In this document: positions 25,916 through 35,979 of the stretch, piece by piece
Layout of the letters: each line of letters begins with the position of its first letter
Numbering within the stretch: position 1 is the stretch's first letter
DNA from: an uncultured Gemmatimonadota bacterium
GTDB taxonomy: Bacteria > Gemmatimonadota > Gemmatimonadetes > Palauibacterales > Palauibacteraceae
Reading direction: 5' to 3'
Assembly (NCBI GenBank): GCA_964499635.1
Contig: CAZCLY010000002.1
Span: 239,878-303,877, forward strand
Length of the DNA: 64,000 nucleotides
Translations under genes and position numbers: made by a program
Notes under the pieces: model-generated
What the model saw: only the letters and a program-made list of their open reading frames with translations
Databases searched by the model: none
What the model was told of the DNA's origin: nothing

Positions 25916-28846
25916 CTACGGCGAGCCCCCTCCTTCCTCCCCGGTCGCGGCGCTCTCGACGAGGCCGAGGCCGAGGTCGCGGCCCTTGGCGACCGCCGGC
26001 ACACCCGTCGCCATCCATTCGGGCGCGGGGGCGCCCTTCAGGTGATGGTCGAAGAACTGCTGCATGCGGATCGCCCAGTCCTCCCGGTTCGCCCTGCGTC
26101 CCAGCCCGTGGTCCTCTCCGTTGTAGTCGAGCAGGTATGCGGGCTTCCCGAGCCGGCGCATGGCCACGAACATCTCGATCCCCTGGTACCAGGGCACCGC
26201 CCCGTCCGCGTCGTTGTGCATCATGAGGAGCGGCGTGCGGATCTTGTCGGCGTAGAACACCGGCGAGTTGTGCACGTACTCCATGGTGGATTCCCACAGC
26301 GAGCCTCCGATGCGGCTCTGCGTGCGCTCGTACTGGAACATGCGGCTCATCCCGCTCCCCCACCGGATCCCCCCGTAGGCGCTCGTCATGTTGGCCACCG
26401 GGGCGCCCGCCTCGGCGGCCGCGAACAGATCCGTCTTCGTGATCATGTAGGCGATCTGGTAGCCTCCCCACGAGTGCCCCTGCACGCCGATCCGGTCCGG
26501 ATCCACGAACCCGTCGTCGATCAGCGACAGCACGCCCGGCACCACCGCGTCGAGGGCGCTCTCGCCCGGGTATCCGATCTCGTACGGGATGTCGGGGATG
26601 AACACGAGGTATCCGCGGCTCGCGTAGAACGCGTAGCGGATCGAGGCCCGGTTGGGGACCGGGGACTGATAGCGGTTGAGGTCGTCGGACAGACGCTCGT
26701 AGAAGTACACCATCATCGGGTAGCGCTGCGACGGATCGAAGCCATCCGGCTTGATGAGGATGCCCTCGAGCGGGGTGCGGTCCGCCGACAGCCACGACAC
26801 GAGCTCCGCGCTCCCCCAGCGATACTCGGCCTGCTGGGGGTTGGCGTCGCTCAGCCGGCGCGGCGACCCGAACGCGGGGCCGCTCACCCACAGATCCGGG
26901 AACTCCACGAAGGTCTCGCGCGTCCACAGCAGCAGCTCCGCATCGCGGGCCTTGCGCGGCGTGCCGAACCACGCGTCCGCCTCGATCAGCGTCCGCGTGG
27001 CGCCCGCCCGGTCGTCCCGCCCCGCGGCGAAGCCGGCGGCGCGCGTCCTCGTATCGAACGTGGACAGGAGGATCGGACCTTCCGGCAGGGTCGGGTCGTC
27101 CGGATCGAGCTCCACGGCCCGGTATCGCACGCTGTCGTCGCGTCCGTCGGTGAGGCGAAGCGGGGCGGAGCGGCCGCTCGGGTCGATGCGCCATGCGTCG
27201 AAGCGGTCGTAGACGAGGAGCCCCGCGTCCCCCTCGATCCAATCGGGCGATGCGTACGGCGGGGGACCCTGCGGGTGATCGTCCAGCTCGTCGTGGAAGG
27301 CCTGCGGGATGGCGGCCGTGAGGCTGTGCGGCTCGGCGCTCCCGTCCACGGGGGCGAGCTTCCAGTCGCGGTCGCCATCATCCCACCAGTACGCGTACCG
27401 TCCGGCCGGCGACAGACGCACGCCGCCGAACCCGCGCACGCGTGAGGTGACGGGGCGCCGGGCCCCGGTTCGGACGTCGATGGCCCAGGCGTCGCGGTAC
27501 TGCGCATCCCACGACAGCTCCTGGCGATACGGAGCGTCTGTCGTGCCGAGGACGAAGTCGCCCGATCCGTCGAGCGGGCGCTCCACGTCCGGTGTGTCCG
27601 GGGAGCCGAGCTGGACGATCCCATCCTCGCCGTCGCGCGCGACGGCCGCATACGTCCGCTCGCGGTCGCGCTCCGCCCGGAGGAGCTGCATCGGCTGCAG
27701 GTAGTCGTCCCGCCAGTTCCACACGTCGACCCGCACCTCGTCCTCGTCGAGGATCTTCTCGGGCTCCGGACCGGGCCGCGGAGCGGTGCCGAAGAAGAGT
27801 CGCGAGCCGTCCTCGGAGAACTCCAGCGGGCCGTGCGGGCCGACCCACCAGCCGGGGGGCATGCCCCTGGTGCGGGAGTCCGCGACCGTGCGCGTGCTCC
27901 ACCCGGCGCCCGTCGCCACGTAGAGGACGTACTCGGGGCGCTCGTCGTCCCAGCCGTCGCGGTCGCTCAGGAAGGCCAGACGCCGGCCCTCGTCGTCGAA
28001 GGCGAGCTGCGTGTAGTGTCCCGTCCCGGTGAGCACCGGGGTGGCGGCGCCCGAGGAGGGATCCACGGCGCGCAGCCCGTCCCGATCTCCCTCCTCCGTG
28101 GACACGACGTACGCCAGCGCGGACCCGTTGGGCGCCACGCCGTATTCGAGCACGGACTCGAAGCGCCACTCCGAGCCGCCCGCCAGGTCGCGCAGGACGA
28201 GCGTCGTCCCATCCTCCTTCTCGTGGCTCGCCTCCCAGGTCGGCGAGCGCTCCTCCTGCGGTGTCTCTCCCTCCGTCGTCTCCGCTTCGCCCTCGCTCTC
28301 ACGGCCCTCGCCTTCGGCCTCGGGCTCCTCGGCCAGGCGATAGACCAGCCACACGCCCCCGTCCTCGGGCACGGAGAACGACTCGATCGGGCCGTCCCGG
28401 AAGATCCCTTCGTCCGGGGGCACACCCGACACGCCGATCACCTCGAGATCGACGACGGCGATCGAGTCGCCGGGCAGCTCGTCGTCCTTCGTCCCCGCGA
28501 GCGCGAGCGAATCCACGACCGCGTCTACCGGCGGAACGCGGAACGCGACGTGACGCGAGTCCCGTGTGAACACCGGCGCCCGGCCCCGAAAGCGCCGCTC
28601 GAGCGAGCCGTCCGTCCTGGTCACCACGAGGGTCGGATCTCCATCCCAGGGGGCGAGGACGTACGCCAGCCACGCGCCGTCGGGGGAAAGGGCGCGGTCA
28701 TCGATCTCGCTCCAGCGGTACGTGTCCTCGTGGTCGAGAGCCGGCCGAACCTCCTGCGCCCCGGCGCGCGTAGGGCTCCACGAGGCGACCAGGGACACCG
28801 CCAGGACGGCGTGTCGGGACGGGCGGAATCGGAGCGTGGGCTTCAT
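25916..28846 (-). CDS. Secreted prolyl-oligopeptidase-family (S9) serine peptidase with an N-terminal beta-propeller region
   Basis: ATG 28846 follows AGGAGG. The signal is MKPTLRFRPSRHAVLAVSLVASWSPTRAGA. The catalytic blocks are GVQGHSWGGY, MMHNDADGAVP and GEDHGL. Confidence 0.9.
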   Translation of the reverse strand: MKPTLRFRPSRHAVLAVSLVASWSPTRAGAQEVRPALDHEDTYRWSEIDDRALSPDGAWLAYVLAPWDGDPTLVVTRTDGSLERRFRGRAPVFTRDSRHVAFRVPPVDAVVDSLALAGTKDDELPGDSIAVVDLEVIGVSGVPPDEGIFRDGPIESFSVPEDGGVWLVYRLAEEPEAEGEGRESEGEAETTEGETPQEERSPTWEASHEKEDGTTLVLRDLAGGSEWRFESVLEYGVAPNGSALAYVVSTEEGDRDGLRAVDPSSGAATPVLTGTGHYTQLAFDDEGRRLAFLSDRDGWDDERPEYVLYVATGAGWSTRTVADSRTRGMPPGWWVGPHGPLEFSEDGSRLFFGTAPRPGPEPEKILDEDEVRVDVWNWRDDYLQPMQLLRAERDRERTYAAVARDGEDGIVQLGSPDTPDVERPLDGSGDFVLGTTDAPYRQELSWDAQYRDAWAIDVRTGARRPVTSRVRGFGGVRLSPAGRYAYWWDDGDRDWKLAPVDGSAEPHSLTAAIPQAFHDELDDHPQGPPPYASPDWIEGDAGLLVYDRFDAWRIDPSGRSAPLRLTDGRDDSVRYRAVELDPDDPTLPEGPILLSTFDTRTRAAGFAAGRDDRAGATRTLIEADAWFGTPRKARDAELLLWTRETFVEFPDLWVSGPAFGSPRRLSDANPQQAEYRWGSAELVSWLSADRTPLEGILIKPDGFDPSQRYPMMVYFYERLSDDLNRYQSPVPNRASIRYAFYASRGYLVFIPDIPYEIGYPGESALDAVVPGVLSLIDDGFVDPDRIGVQGHSWGGYQIAYMITKTDLFAAAEAGAPVANMTSAYGGIRWGSGMSRMFQYERTQSRIGGSLWESTMEYVHNSPVFYADKIRTPLLMMHNDADGAVPWYQGIEMFVAMRRLGKPAYLLDYNGEDHGLGRRANREDWAIRMQQFFDHHLKGAPAPEWMATGVPAVAKGRDLGLGLVESAATGEEGGGSP

Positions 28847-29059
28847 GCGACCTCCTGGGTGGCAGCTCGGAAGGTCACAATGTGACGGCGAGACGGAGCC
28901 GCCGGCCACCCGGGGCACCGTTTCCGGACGCGCCCCACCGGGACTCATCGCACCATCCGGCAGCGAAGCGTGTCAAATCGAGCGGTCCCTGCACGTTGCA
29001 GGGGGCGGGTCACTTCGGATCCGTACGAGGAAGAACACAACTGGAGGCGGTGCAAGCAA

Positions 29060-29695
29060 ATGAGACTCCATCGTTTGTCGCTGGCGGCCCTGTTCGTCGG
29101 GGCCTTGTCGATCGCGCCCGCGAGGCTCCTGGCGCAGGACGTCATCCTGGGTGTCAAGGGCGGAATCAACATCGCCGACCTCCATGTGACGGGGGCGGAC
29201 CTCGGCGATACGTCCACGCGCACCGGGCTGGTGGGCGGCGTGTTCGCCGAGCTCGGGCTGGGCAGCGTGTTCGCGATCCGGCCCGAGGGGCTCTACTCCC
29301 AAAAGGGGTTCTCCGAGACGGATACCGGCATCGACGCGGACCTCAAGGTGGACTACATCGAGGTGCCGCTCCTCCTGGCCGCCCGCTTCGGACAGAGCTC
29401 GGTCCGGCCCGTGGTGTTCGCCGGTCCGGTCGTCGGTTTCGAGGCCTCCTGCAAGCTGGAGGGCTCCTCCGGCGGCGTGAGCGTCAGCGCCGACTGCGCG
29501 GATCAGGATGTCGACACCGAGAGCACCGACTTCGGGGTGGCGTTCGGAGGTGGCGTGGAGGTGGATGCCGGCGGCGTCGTGCTGCTTCTCGACGGCCGCT
29601 ACACGCTCGGGCTGCGGGACATCGATGCGATGAACGGCTCCGAGGCGAAGAACCGGGTGTGGTCGGTGATGGCGGGTCTCGGGTTCCACCCCTAG
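29060..29695 (+). CDS. Small outer-membrane beta-barrel protein (OmpA-N/OmpW-like porin family)
   Basis: The signal is MRLHRLSLAALFVGALSIAPARLLAQ. Alternating amphipathic strands run through the protein and it ends in an aromatic-rich strand (WSVMAGLGFHP). Confidence 0.75.
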   Translation: MRLHRLSLAALFVGALSIAPARLLAQDVILGVKGGINIADLHVTGADLGDTSTRTGLVGGVFAELGLGSVFAIRPEGLYSQKGFSETDTGIDADLKVDYIEVPLLLAARFGQSSVRPVVFAGPVVGFEASCKLEGSSGGVSVSADCADQDVDTESTDFGVAFGGGVEVDAGGVVLLLDGRYTLGLRDIDAMNGSEAKNRVWSVMAGLGFHP

Positions 29696-29704
29696 GCCCG
29701 GCGT

Positions 29705-29723
29705 CCCCCGACGAGGTCGGGGG
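29705..29723. terminator. Hairpin after the OMP gene (convergent with the kinase gene)
   Basis: CCCCCGAC gag GTCGGGGG lies 10 nt after the stop at 29695. A second hairpin (GGGAGACC...GGTCTCCC) follows at about 29739-29779. There is no U-tract. Confidence 0.35.
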
Positions 29724-29827
29724 CGCGGCGAGCGGGCGGGGAGACCGCCGGGGCGCCCTGCCTCGGTGGTCTCCCGTCTGATCCGGGGGCGAGCGCCCCG
29801 ATCGGCGAGGCACGACGCGCATCGCGC

Positions 29828-31240
29828 TCACCGCGATTTGACGGCGTCGCCGAGCCGTGGCAGGGTGAGCCGGGCCACGGCACCGCGTGCCTTCTCCCGA
29901 TTCGAGAGACTGAGGGAGCCGTGGTGGGCCTCCGCGATCTCGCGACACAGGACCAGACCGATCCCGGAGCCGGACTCCTTGGTGGTGTAGAACGGTACGA
30001 ACAGGTTCGAGGTGTCGGCCAACCCCGGACCCTCATCCTCCACCCACACCTCCACCTCGCGGCGCGCGACGCGCCACCCCACGCGCACCACGCCCCCGGT
30101 CTCCTGCGCCGCATCCACGGCGTTGTCCACCAGGTTGATGAGGAGCTGATCCAGCTGATCGCCATCGGCGCGGATTCGGGCCTCGGGGCCCGGACGCAGG
30201 TCGACCTTCATGCGCGTCTCGAGACCGACGGCTCGTCGCACCCACTCGCCGACATCCAGCGGAGCGAGCCTCGGCGGGGGAAGCCGCGCCAGCCGCGCGT
30301 ACGAGGACAGGAAGCGGGCGAGGGCTTCCGCCCGATTCGAGATCACGTCGAGGCCCTGCTCGAGATCCTCGTGCCACGTCTCGGCGTCACCGTTCGTCGG
30401 GTGGCCGTCGTGACGCGAGGCCGACAGCGAGCTCAGGCTCTGGGCGATGGACCGGATCGGCGCGAGCGAGTTGTTGATCTCGTGTCCCAGCACGCGCACC
30501 AGCCGCTGCCAGGCAGAGCGCTCCTCCTCCCGCAGCACGCGACTCAGGTCCGACAGGACGAGCAGGCGGTGCGGTCTGCCTTCCTGACGGAAATGACTCA
30601 CCCGCACTTCCCAGCGGCTCGCCCCGCCCGGGAACACCATGTCCGCGACGCGGCGGGACGGTCCCTTGAGCAGGTCCTCCAGCCCCAGGGATCCGGCCCT
30701 CCGGCCGATCATGCTCTCTTCCGAGCGCTCCACCAGCCGCTCGGCGGCGCGGTTCGCCAGCACGAGGCGATCCTCGTCGTCGAACGCGAACACGGCGACG
30801 TCGATCTCGGACATGACGCGACGCAGGAGCGCGGTCGCCTCGAGGACCTCCAGGCGCTGCTCGCGCAGAGTCTGGCCGAGCAGGTTCACCTCGTGCGCCA
30901 CCAGACCCAGCGCGTCGTCGGGTCGGCCCAGCCGGGCCCGGATGGTGTAGTCGCCCTCCTGGAGGGCCGCGATCATGTTCGACATCGTCTGCAGCGGCCG
31001 CACGAGCCGCTCGCGCAACACCAGCCAGAACCCGAGCCACCCGCCGACGGTGACCAGGGTGAGGGTCCATTGGAGACGGAGGGCGAACTCCCGTGTCCAC
31101 ACGAGGACCAGGGCGACCACGAGCGCCGGCAGGGCGGAGAGGAGCGACAGGAGGGGAACGCGACGCTCGTAGCTGATCCGGGCGCTCTTCACGACCCTCC
31201 CGGCTCTCGACGCGGCACGCGCCCCGTCGCCCCGCGCCAC
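29828..31240 (-). CDS. Sensor histidine kinase (2 TM - HAMP - PAS - HisKA - HATPase), NtrY/NtrB-like
   Basis: The H-box is LGHEINNSLAPI, the HAMP-like segment is PLQTMSNMIAALQEGDY, the N-box is LINLVDNAVDA, and the G-boxes are DEGPGL and GSGIGL. The start is GTG 31240 or GTG 31192. Confidence 0.88.
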   Translation of the reverse strand: MARGDGARAASRAGRVVKSARISYERRVPLLSLLSALPALVVALVLVWTREFALRLQWTLTLVTVGGWLGFWLVLRERLVRPLQTMSNMIAALQEGDYTIRARLGRPDDALGLVAHEVNLLGQTLREQRLEVLEATALLRRVMSEIDVAVFAFDDEDRLVLANRAAERLVERSEESMIGRRAGSLGLEDLLKGPSRRVADMVFPGGASRWEVRVSHFRQEGRPHRLLVLSDLSRVLREEERSAWQRLVRVLGHEINNSLAPIRSIAQSLSSLSASRHDGHPTNGDAETWHEDLEQGLDVISNRAEALARFLSSYARLARLPPPRLAPLDVGEWVRRAVGLETRMKVDLRPGPEARIRADGDQLDQLLINLVDNAVDAAQETGGVVRVGWRVARREVEVWVEDEGPGLADTSNLFVPFYTTKESGSGIGLVLCREIAEAHHGSLSLSNREKARGAVARLTLPRLGDAVKSR

Positions 31241-31280
31241 TAGTGTCCCGTCGAAGACGTACGGTGCGTCGCGTGCACGG

Positions 31281-32651
31281 CTAGGCCTCGATCCCGTGGC
31301 GCTCGAGACGACGATACAACGCGCTGCGACTCACGCCCAGTGCCTCGGCGGCCTGGCTCACGTTGCCGTCGAAGCGTCCCAGGGCGCGCTGGATGAGGAT
31401 ACGTTCGGCCTCCTCCAGCGTCAGCTCGTCGAAGCGGGCCGCGGCATCGGGCGCCGGGCGCAGCCCCAGATCCTCGCCGTCCACGGTGGCGCCCTCCGAC
31501 AGGAGCACGGCCCGCTCGACCGCGTGTCGCAGCTCGCGCACGTTCCCGGGCCAGGTGTGTGCGAGCAGGGCGCGCATGGCCGCCTGCGAGAAGTCGAGCT
31601 CGACCCCGTACCGTGCCGTCTGCTGTTTCAGGAAGTAGGCGGCCAGGGCCGGGATGTCCTCGCGCCGCTCGCGGAGGGGCGGAATCGGGATCTCCACGGA
31701 GTTCAAGCGATACAGGAGATCCTCGCGGAATCGGTCCTCGGCCACCCGCGCCGGCAGATCGGCGTTGGTGGCCGCCAGCACCCGGACGTCCGCCCGCCGC
31801 GCGCGCGACGAGCCCACGCGCTGGAACTCCCCCGTCTCGAGCACGCGCAAGAGCTTCGCCTGCTGGGCGGGGGACAGGTTCCCCACCTCATCCAGGAACA
31901 GGGTCCCCCCGTCCGCGAGCTCGAAGTAGCCTACCCGGTCGGTCTTGGCATCGGTGAACGCGCCCTTCACGTGGCCGAACATCTCGCTCTCGAACAGCGT
32001 CTCCGACAGCCCGCCGGCGTTGACCGCCACGAGCGGCCGGTCGGCGCGCTCCGAGCGGGCATGGAGCCAGCGTGCCACGACCTCCTTGCCGCTGCCGGGC
32101 TCGCCGGTGATGAGGACGCTCGCATCCGACGGCCCGACGCGCTCGATGAGCCTGAGGACGGGCTGCATGGCACGGGAGGTGGCGATGAAGTCCGGAACAT
32201 CGCGCTCGCGCAGGCGCTGGTTCTCGAGCTCGAGGTGCTGGGCGCGCCGCAGCGCGCGCCCGAGCTCGATCTGGGTGCGCAGCGTCGACAGGAGCCGCTG
32301 GTTGTCCCACGGCTTCTCGATGTAGTCACCCGCCCCCTTCCGGATCGCTTCGACCGCCCCCTCGATCGAACCCCACGCGGTCATTACGATGACCGGGAGG
32401 ATGGGATCGACCGACTTGATCCTCGGAATGAGGTCGAGGCCTTCCCGCCCCGAGGTCGTGTCGCGCGCGTAGTTGAGATCCATGAGGACGCCATCGAAGT
32501 CGTGCGACTCGAGGGCGCTCATGATCCCGGGCGGCGACGTCGCGGTCTCGAGCTCGAAACCCTCCCCCTTGAGTAGGAGGCGCAGGGCCCTGAGCACGTC
32601 CTGCTGGTCGTCCCCGATCAGCACGCGCGGAGGTGAGGGCTTGTCGGTCAC
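31281..32651 (-). CDS. Sigma54-dependent response regulator (NtrC-family bacterial enhancer-binding protein)
   Basis: REC (VLIGDDQQDVL, VLMDLNY), an AAA+ sigma54-activation domain (GEPGSGKE, the GAFTGA-type loop KGAFTDA, LFLDEV, RVLAATN, GNVRELRH) and a C-terminal HTH (GNVSQAAEALGVSRSALYRRL). Confidence 0.93.
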   Translation of the reverse strand: MTDKPSPPRVLIGDDQQDVLRALRLLLKGEGFELETATSPPGIMSALESHDFDGVLMDLNYARDTTSGREGLDLIPRIKSVDPILPVIVMTAWGSIEGAVEAIRKGAGDYIEKPWDNQRLLSTLRTQIELGRALRRAQHLELENQRLRERDVPDFIATSRAMQPVLRLIERVGPSDASVLITGEPGSGKEVVARWLHARSERADRPLVAVNAGGLSETLFESEMFGHVKGAFTDAKTDRVGYFELADGGTLFLDEVGNLSPAQQAKLLRVLETGEFQRVGSSRARRADVRVLAATNADLPARVAEDRFREDLLYRLNSVEIPIPPLRERREDIPALAAYFLKQQTARYGVELDFSQAAMRALLAHTWPGNVRELRHAVERAVLLSEGATVDGEDLGLRPAPDAAARFDELTLEEAERILIQRALGRFDGNVSQAAEALGVSRSALYRRLERHGIEA

Positions 32652-32767
32652 GGCAGGAAAGCTAGCACGTCGTCCGGATCCGAGCCCGTCCGCGCGTGCC
32701 GTCGTGGCGTCGACCGGCGGTCCGGGCGCGCGGGTCCGGGCGGCGGGCGCGCGCGCTCGATCCGGGA

Positions 32768-33433
32768 CTAGTCCTCGACGATCCAGCCGTCCGCGAGGTT
32801 GATCACGCGATGGCCGTAGGCCGCGACCTTGGGGTCGTGCGTGACCTGGACGATCGTCGTCCCCGCCTCGTTGAGCTCCTTCAGCATCTGCATGATCTGC
32901 TCTCCCTGCGAGGAGTGGAGGCTGCCGGTGGGCTCGTCGGCGAGGATCAGCCGGGGCTCGGAGATCACCGCGCGTGCCACGGCCACCTGCTGCTGCTGTC
33001 CCCCGGATAGCTGGTTGGGGAACAGGTCCTTCTTCCCCACGATGTTGAACCGGTCGAGGATGTCCGCCACCAGAGCCTGTCGCTCCGACCGCTTCACGTC
33101 CCGGTAGGAGAGCGGGATCTCGAGGTTCTCGTACACGGTCAGATCGTCGATCAGGTGGTACTGCTGGAACACGAACCCGATGTACGCCTTGTGGAGCTCG
33201 TTTCGGTGCTTCGGCTTGAGGGCGTGTACGGGCTCGTCCATGAACCAGTACTCGCCCTCGAACGCCCCATCCAGCAGCCCCATGATGCCGAGCAGGGTGG
33301 ACTTGCCGGCGCCGGACGGACCCATGAAGGTCAGGAATTCGCCCTCACGGACCATGAGGCCGATGCGGCGCAGCACCCAGGTGCGACCGCCCTTGTACGG
33401 ATAGCTCTTCTCTACGTTTTCGAGACGGATCAT
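32768..33433 (-). CDS. MacB/LolD-type ABC ATP-binding protein (cluster ATPase 2)
   Basis: Walker A is GPSGAGKST, the signature is [15 protein letters not shown] and Walker B is [11 protein letters not shown]. Confidence 0.92.
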   Translation of the reverse strand: MIRLENVEKSYPYKGGRTWVLRRIGLMVREGEFLTFMGPSGAGKSTLLGIMGLLDGAFEGEYWFMDEPVHALKPKHRNELHKAYIGFVFQQYHLIDDLTVYENLEIPLSYRDVKRSERQALVADILDRFNIVGKKDLFPNQLSGGQQQQVAVARAVISEPRLILADEPTGSLHSSQGEQIMQMLKELNEAGTTIVQVTHDPKVAAYGHRVINLADGWIVED

Positions 33434-33563
33434 CGCTCGCCGTTCGTTTCTTTCGTCGTTCTCGTCACGGGAAAGGACCGGAACACTCGCACGCAGAACC
33501 TACGTCGCGGCGGCACGCGCGGGCATCCGGGTTCGAGACGCGGCCGGTCGCCGGGCCGGTGGC

Positions 33564-35969
33564 TCATTCGGCGCGCAACGCGACGATCGGGTCGACCCTG
33601 GCCGCGCGCCGTGCCGGGAGAAGCGAGGCGGCGAGCGCGGTGATCAGCAGCAGGAGCGGCACGACGAGGTACACCTGCGGATCCGTCGGGCTCACGCCGT
33701 GCAGGATGCCCGAGATGAGCCGTGCGAGCCAGAACGCCGCCACGAGACCCAACCCCACGCCGAGCAGCGTGAGCTCGAGCCCCGCGCGTACCACATCGCC
33801 GAGCACCCGCCGGACCGGCGCCCCGAGCGCGATGCGAATGCCGATCTCGCGGGTGCGGTCCTGGACGGTGAGCGCGAGCAGCCCGTACAGCCCGATCCCG
33901 GCCAGCAGGGCCGCGAGCGCCGCGAACGCGCCGACCATCGCCGCGTTGAAGCGCGCCGGCGCGACCTGCCGCGACACGGTCCGCGCGAGGGGCTCGACGT
34001 CCACGAGGGGGATGTCGGGATCGAGCTCGGCCACCTCGCGGCGCACGATCCCCACGATCGACTGCGGGTCTCCCGTGGTTCGTACCACCACCTCGAATTC
34101 GCGCGGGTACGGCTGTTGGGCGTGGGGCATGTAGATCTCCGGGCGCGCCGGCTCGTCGAGACCGAAATGGCGCACGTCGCCCACCACGCCGACCACCGTC
34201 CGCCACGGGTCCTCGCTCTCGGGCCCACCCCACCGGAAGCGATCGCCGATCGGATCGATCCCGCCCCAGTACTCGCGGACCGCAGCCTCGTTCACGACCA
34301 CCACGGGCTCGGATGTCGGGCCATCGTCGTCGTCGAAGCCGCGGCCGCTCGCCAGCCGCATCCGCATGGCACGAAAGTACTCGCCCCGGATGATGCGCTC
34401 CTCGGCGCACGCGTCCGGCCGCTCGACGCCGTCGTCGAGCGTGAAGCCGGCACAGGAGGCACCACCGCGGAGCGGGATCAGCTGCCCGCCACCCACCGCC
34501 ACCACCTCGGGCCGCGCGTCGATGCGCTCGAACAGGCGGTCGAAGAAGGCGTGCGAGGCGACCACGTCCGGGTAGTCGGCCGGCGGCGTCTCGACGCGGA
34601 AGGCGAGCACGTGCTCGGGATCGAACCCCGGGTCGATCGCTTCGAGGCCGATGACCGTACGGACCAGGAGACCCGACCCGACGAGGAGCACGATGGAAAG
34701 GGCCACCTGCACCACGACCAGGGCCGAACGGAGCCCGGTGCCGGTCCCTCCGGCGATTCCGCGCGCGCCGCCCGCCTTGAGGGCCGGCACCACGTCGACG
34801 CGGCGGGAGCGGAGCGCCGGGATGAGACCGGACAGCGTCCCCGTGAGAACGGCGACACCGAACGTGAACGCGAGCACCCAGCCGTCGATGCGGATCTGGC
34901 TGGCCCGCGGGAGCTCGGCCGGAAGAACCGCGGTCGCGGCCCCCAGGGACCAGCTCGCCACGACGAGCCCCACCACCCCGCCGAGCGCGGCCACGATGAG
35001 GCTCTCGATCAGGAGCTGCCGCGCGATGCGCCCGGTGCCGGCGCCGAGGGCGGCGCGGATCGCGAGCTCGCGGCGCCGGCGCACGCCCCGGGCCAGACCC
35101 AGGCCGGCCAGGTTGGTGCACGCGATGAGCAGCACGAAGGCCACGGCGCCGAGCAGGATCACGAGCGGCTCGCGGGCCGTCCCGGTCATCGCCCGCGTGA
35201 GGGGCTCGAGCGAGATCGTGCGGCCCTGCTTGAACGGATAGTCCTCGGAGATGGCTCCGAACAGGCGATCGAGCTCCGCGCCGGCCCGGGGAAGATCCGC
35301 CCCGGCGGCCAGCCGGATCATGGCCTTCATGAAGTGACCGCCACGGTTCGCGGGGTCCACGACGTATGGCACCCAGACGTCGGGCTGCGTCCCGGTGATC
35401 GGATCCTCGAAGCCGGGGGGCGCCACGCCCACGAGCTCGTGCTCGACGCCGTTCAGGGTGAGCGTCCGACCCACGGCGTCCGGGTCGCCCGCGAGGAGGG
35501 TGCGCCACATGGCGTACGAGACCACGGCGACGCAGGGCGCCCCGGCCCGGTCCTCGGCGACGCGGAACAGCCGGCCACGAGACGACGTCACTCCGAGCAC
35601 CGAGAAGTAGTTGGCCGACACGAGCCCGACGTCGAGGCTGTGCGGTCGATCGAGCCCGGTGAGGGTGCGCGCCGTCTCCGTTCCGAACGCAAGGCCCTGG
35701 ACCGACGCGGCGTTCGCCAGATCCATCAGATCGGCCGGGTTCAGCGGGCCGTGCGGCTGGCCCTGCGGCGTCGAGAGCCACACGCGCGCCAGCCGAGCCG
35801 GGCTCTCGTAGCGCGGCGCTCGGAGGACGACGCCCCGCACGAGGCTGAACACGGCCGTGTTCGCACCGATTCCGATCGCCAGCGTAGTGACCGCGACGGC
35901 CACGTACCCGGGGCTCCGGGACAGATGACGGAGCGCGTATCGCACGTCCTGCCACAGTCGGTTCAGCAT
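33564..35969 (-). CDS. Duplicated MacB-type ABC permease (ADOP-like), tandem copy 6 of 6 in transcription order
   Basis: 801 aa. The N-terminus is MLNRLWQDVRYALRHLSRSPGYVAVAVTTLAIGIGANTAVFSLV. There are two MacB-periplasmic-domain plus FtsX modules (REIGIRIALGA) and the C-terminus is VALRAE. Confidence 0.92.
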   Translation of the reverse strand: MLNRLWQDVRYALRHLSRSPGYVAVAVTTLAIGIGANTAVFSLVRGVVLRAPRYESPARLARVWLSTPQGQPHGPLNPADLMDLANAASVQGLAFGTETARTLTGLDRPHSLDVGLVSANYFSVLGVTSSRGRLFRVAEDRAGAPCVAVVSYAMWRTLLAGDPDAVGRTLTLNGVEHELVGVAPPGFEDPITGTQPDVWVPYVVDPANRGGHFMKAMIRLAAGADLPRAGAELDRLFGAISEDYPFKQGRTISLEPLTRAMTGTAREPLVILLGAVAFVLLIACTNLAGLGLARGVRRRRELAIRAALGAGTGRIARQLLIESLIVAALGGVVGLVVASWSLGAATAVLPAELPRASQIRIDGWVLAFTFGVAVLTGTLSGLIPALRSRRVDVVPALKAGGARGIAGGTGTGLRSALVVVQVALSIVLLVGSGLLVRTVIGLEAIDPGFDPEHVLAFRVETPPADYPDVVASHAFFDRLFERIDARPEVVAVGGGQLIPLRGGASCAGFTLDDGVERPDACAEERIIRGEYFRAMRMRLASGRGFDDDDGPTSEPVVVVNEAAVREYWGGIDPIGDRFRWGGPESEDPWRTVVGVVGDVRHFGLDEPARPEIYMPHAQQPYPREFEVVVRTTGDPQSIVGIVRREVAELDPDIPLVDVEPLARTVSRQVAPARFNAAMVGAFAALAALLAGIGLYGLLALTVQDRTREIGIRIALGAPVRRVLGDVVRAGLELTLLGVGLGLVAAFWLARLISGILHGVSPTDPQVYLVVPLLLLITALAASLLPARRAARVDPIVALRAE

Positions 35970-35979
35970 GTCACGCCGC

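Noticed and set aside
29060-29695. The outer-membrane beta-barrel gene as the missing TolC-like duct of the permease cluster
   Set aside because: At about 211 aa with short alternating strands, it looks like a small 8-10-stranded barrel and not a ~450-aa TolC with long periplasmic helices. It is on the opposite strand, convergent with the kinase gene.
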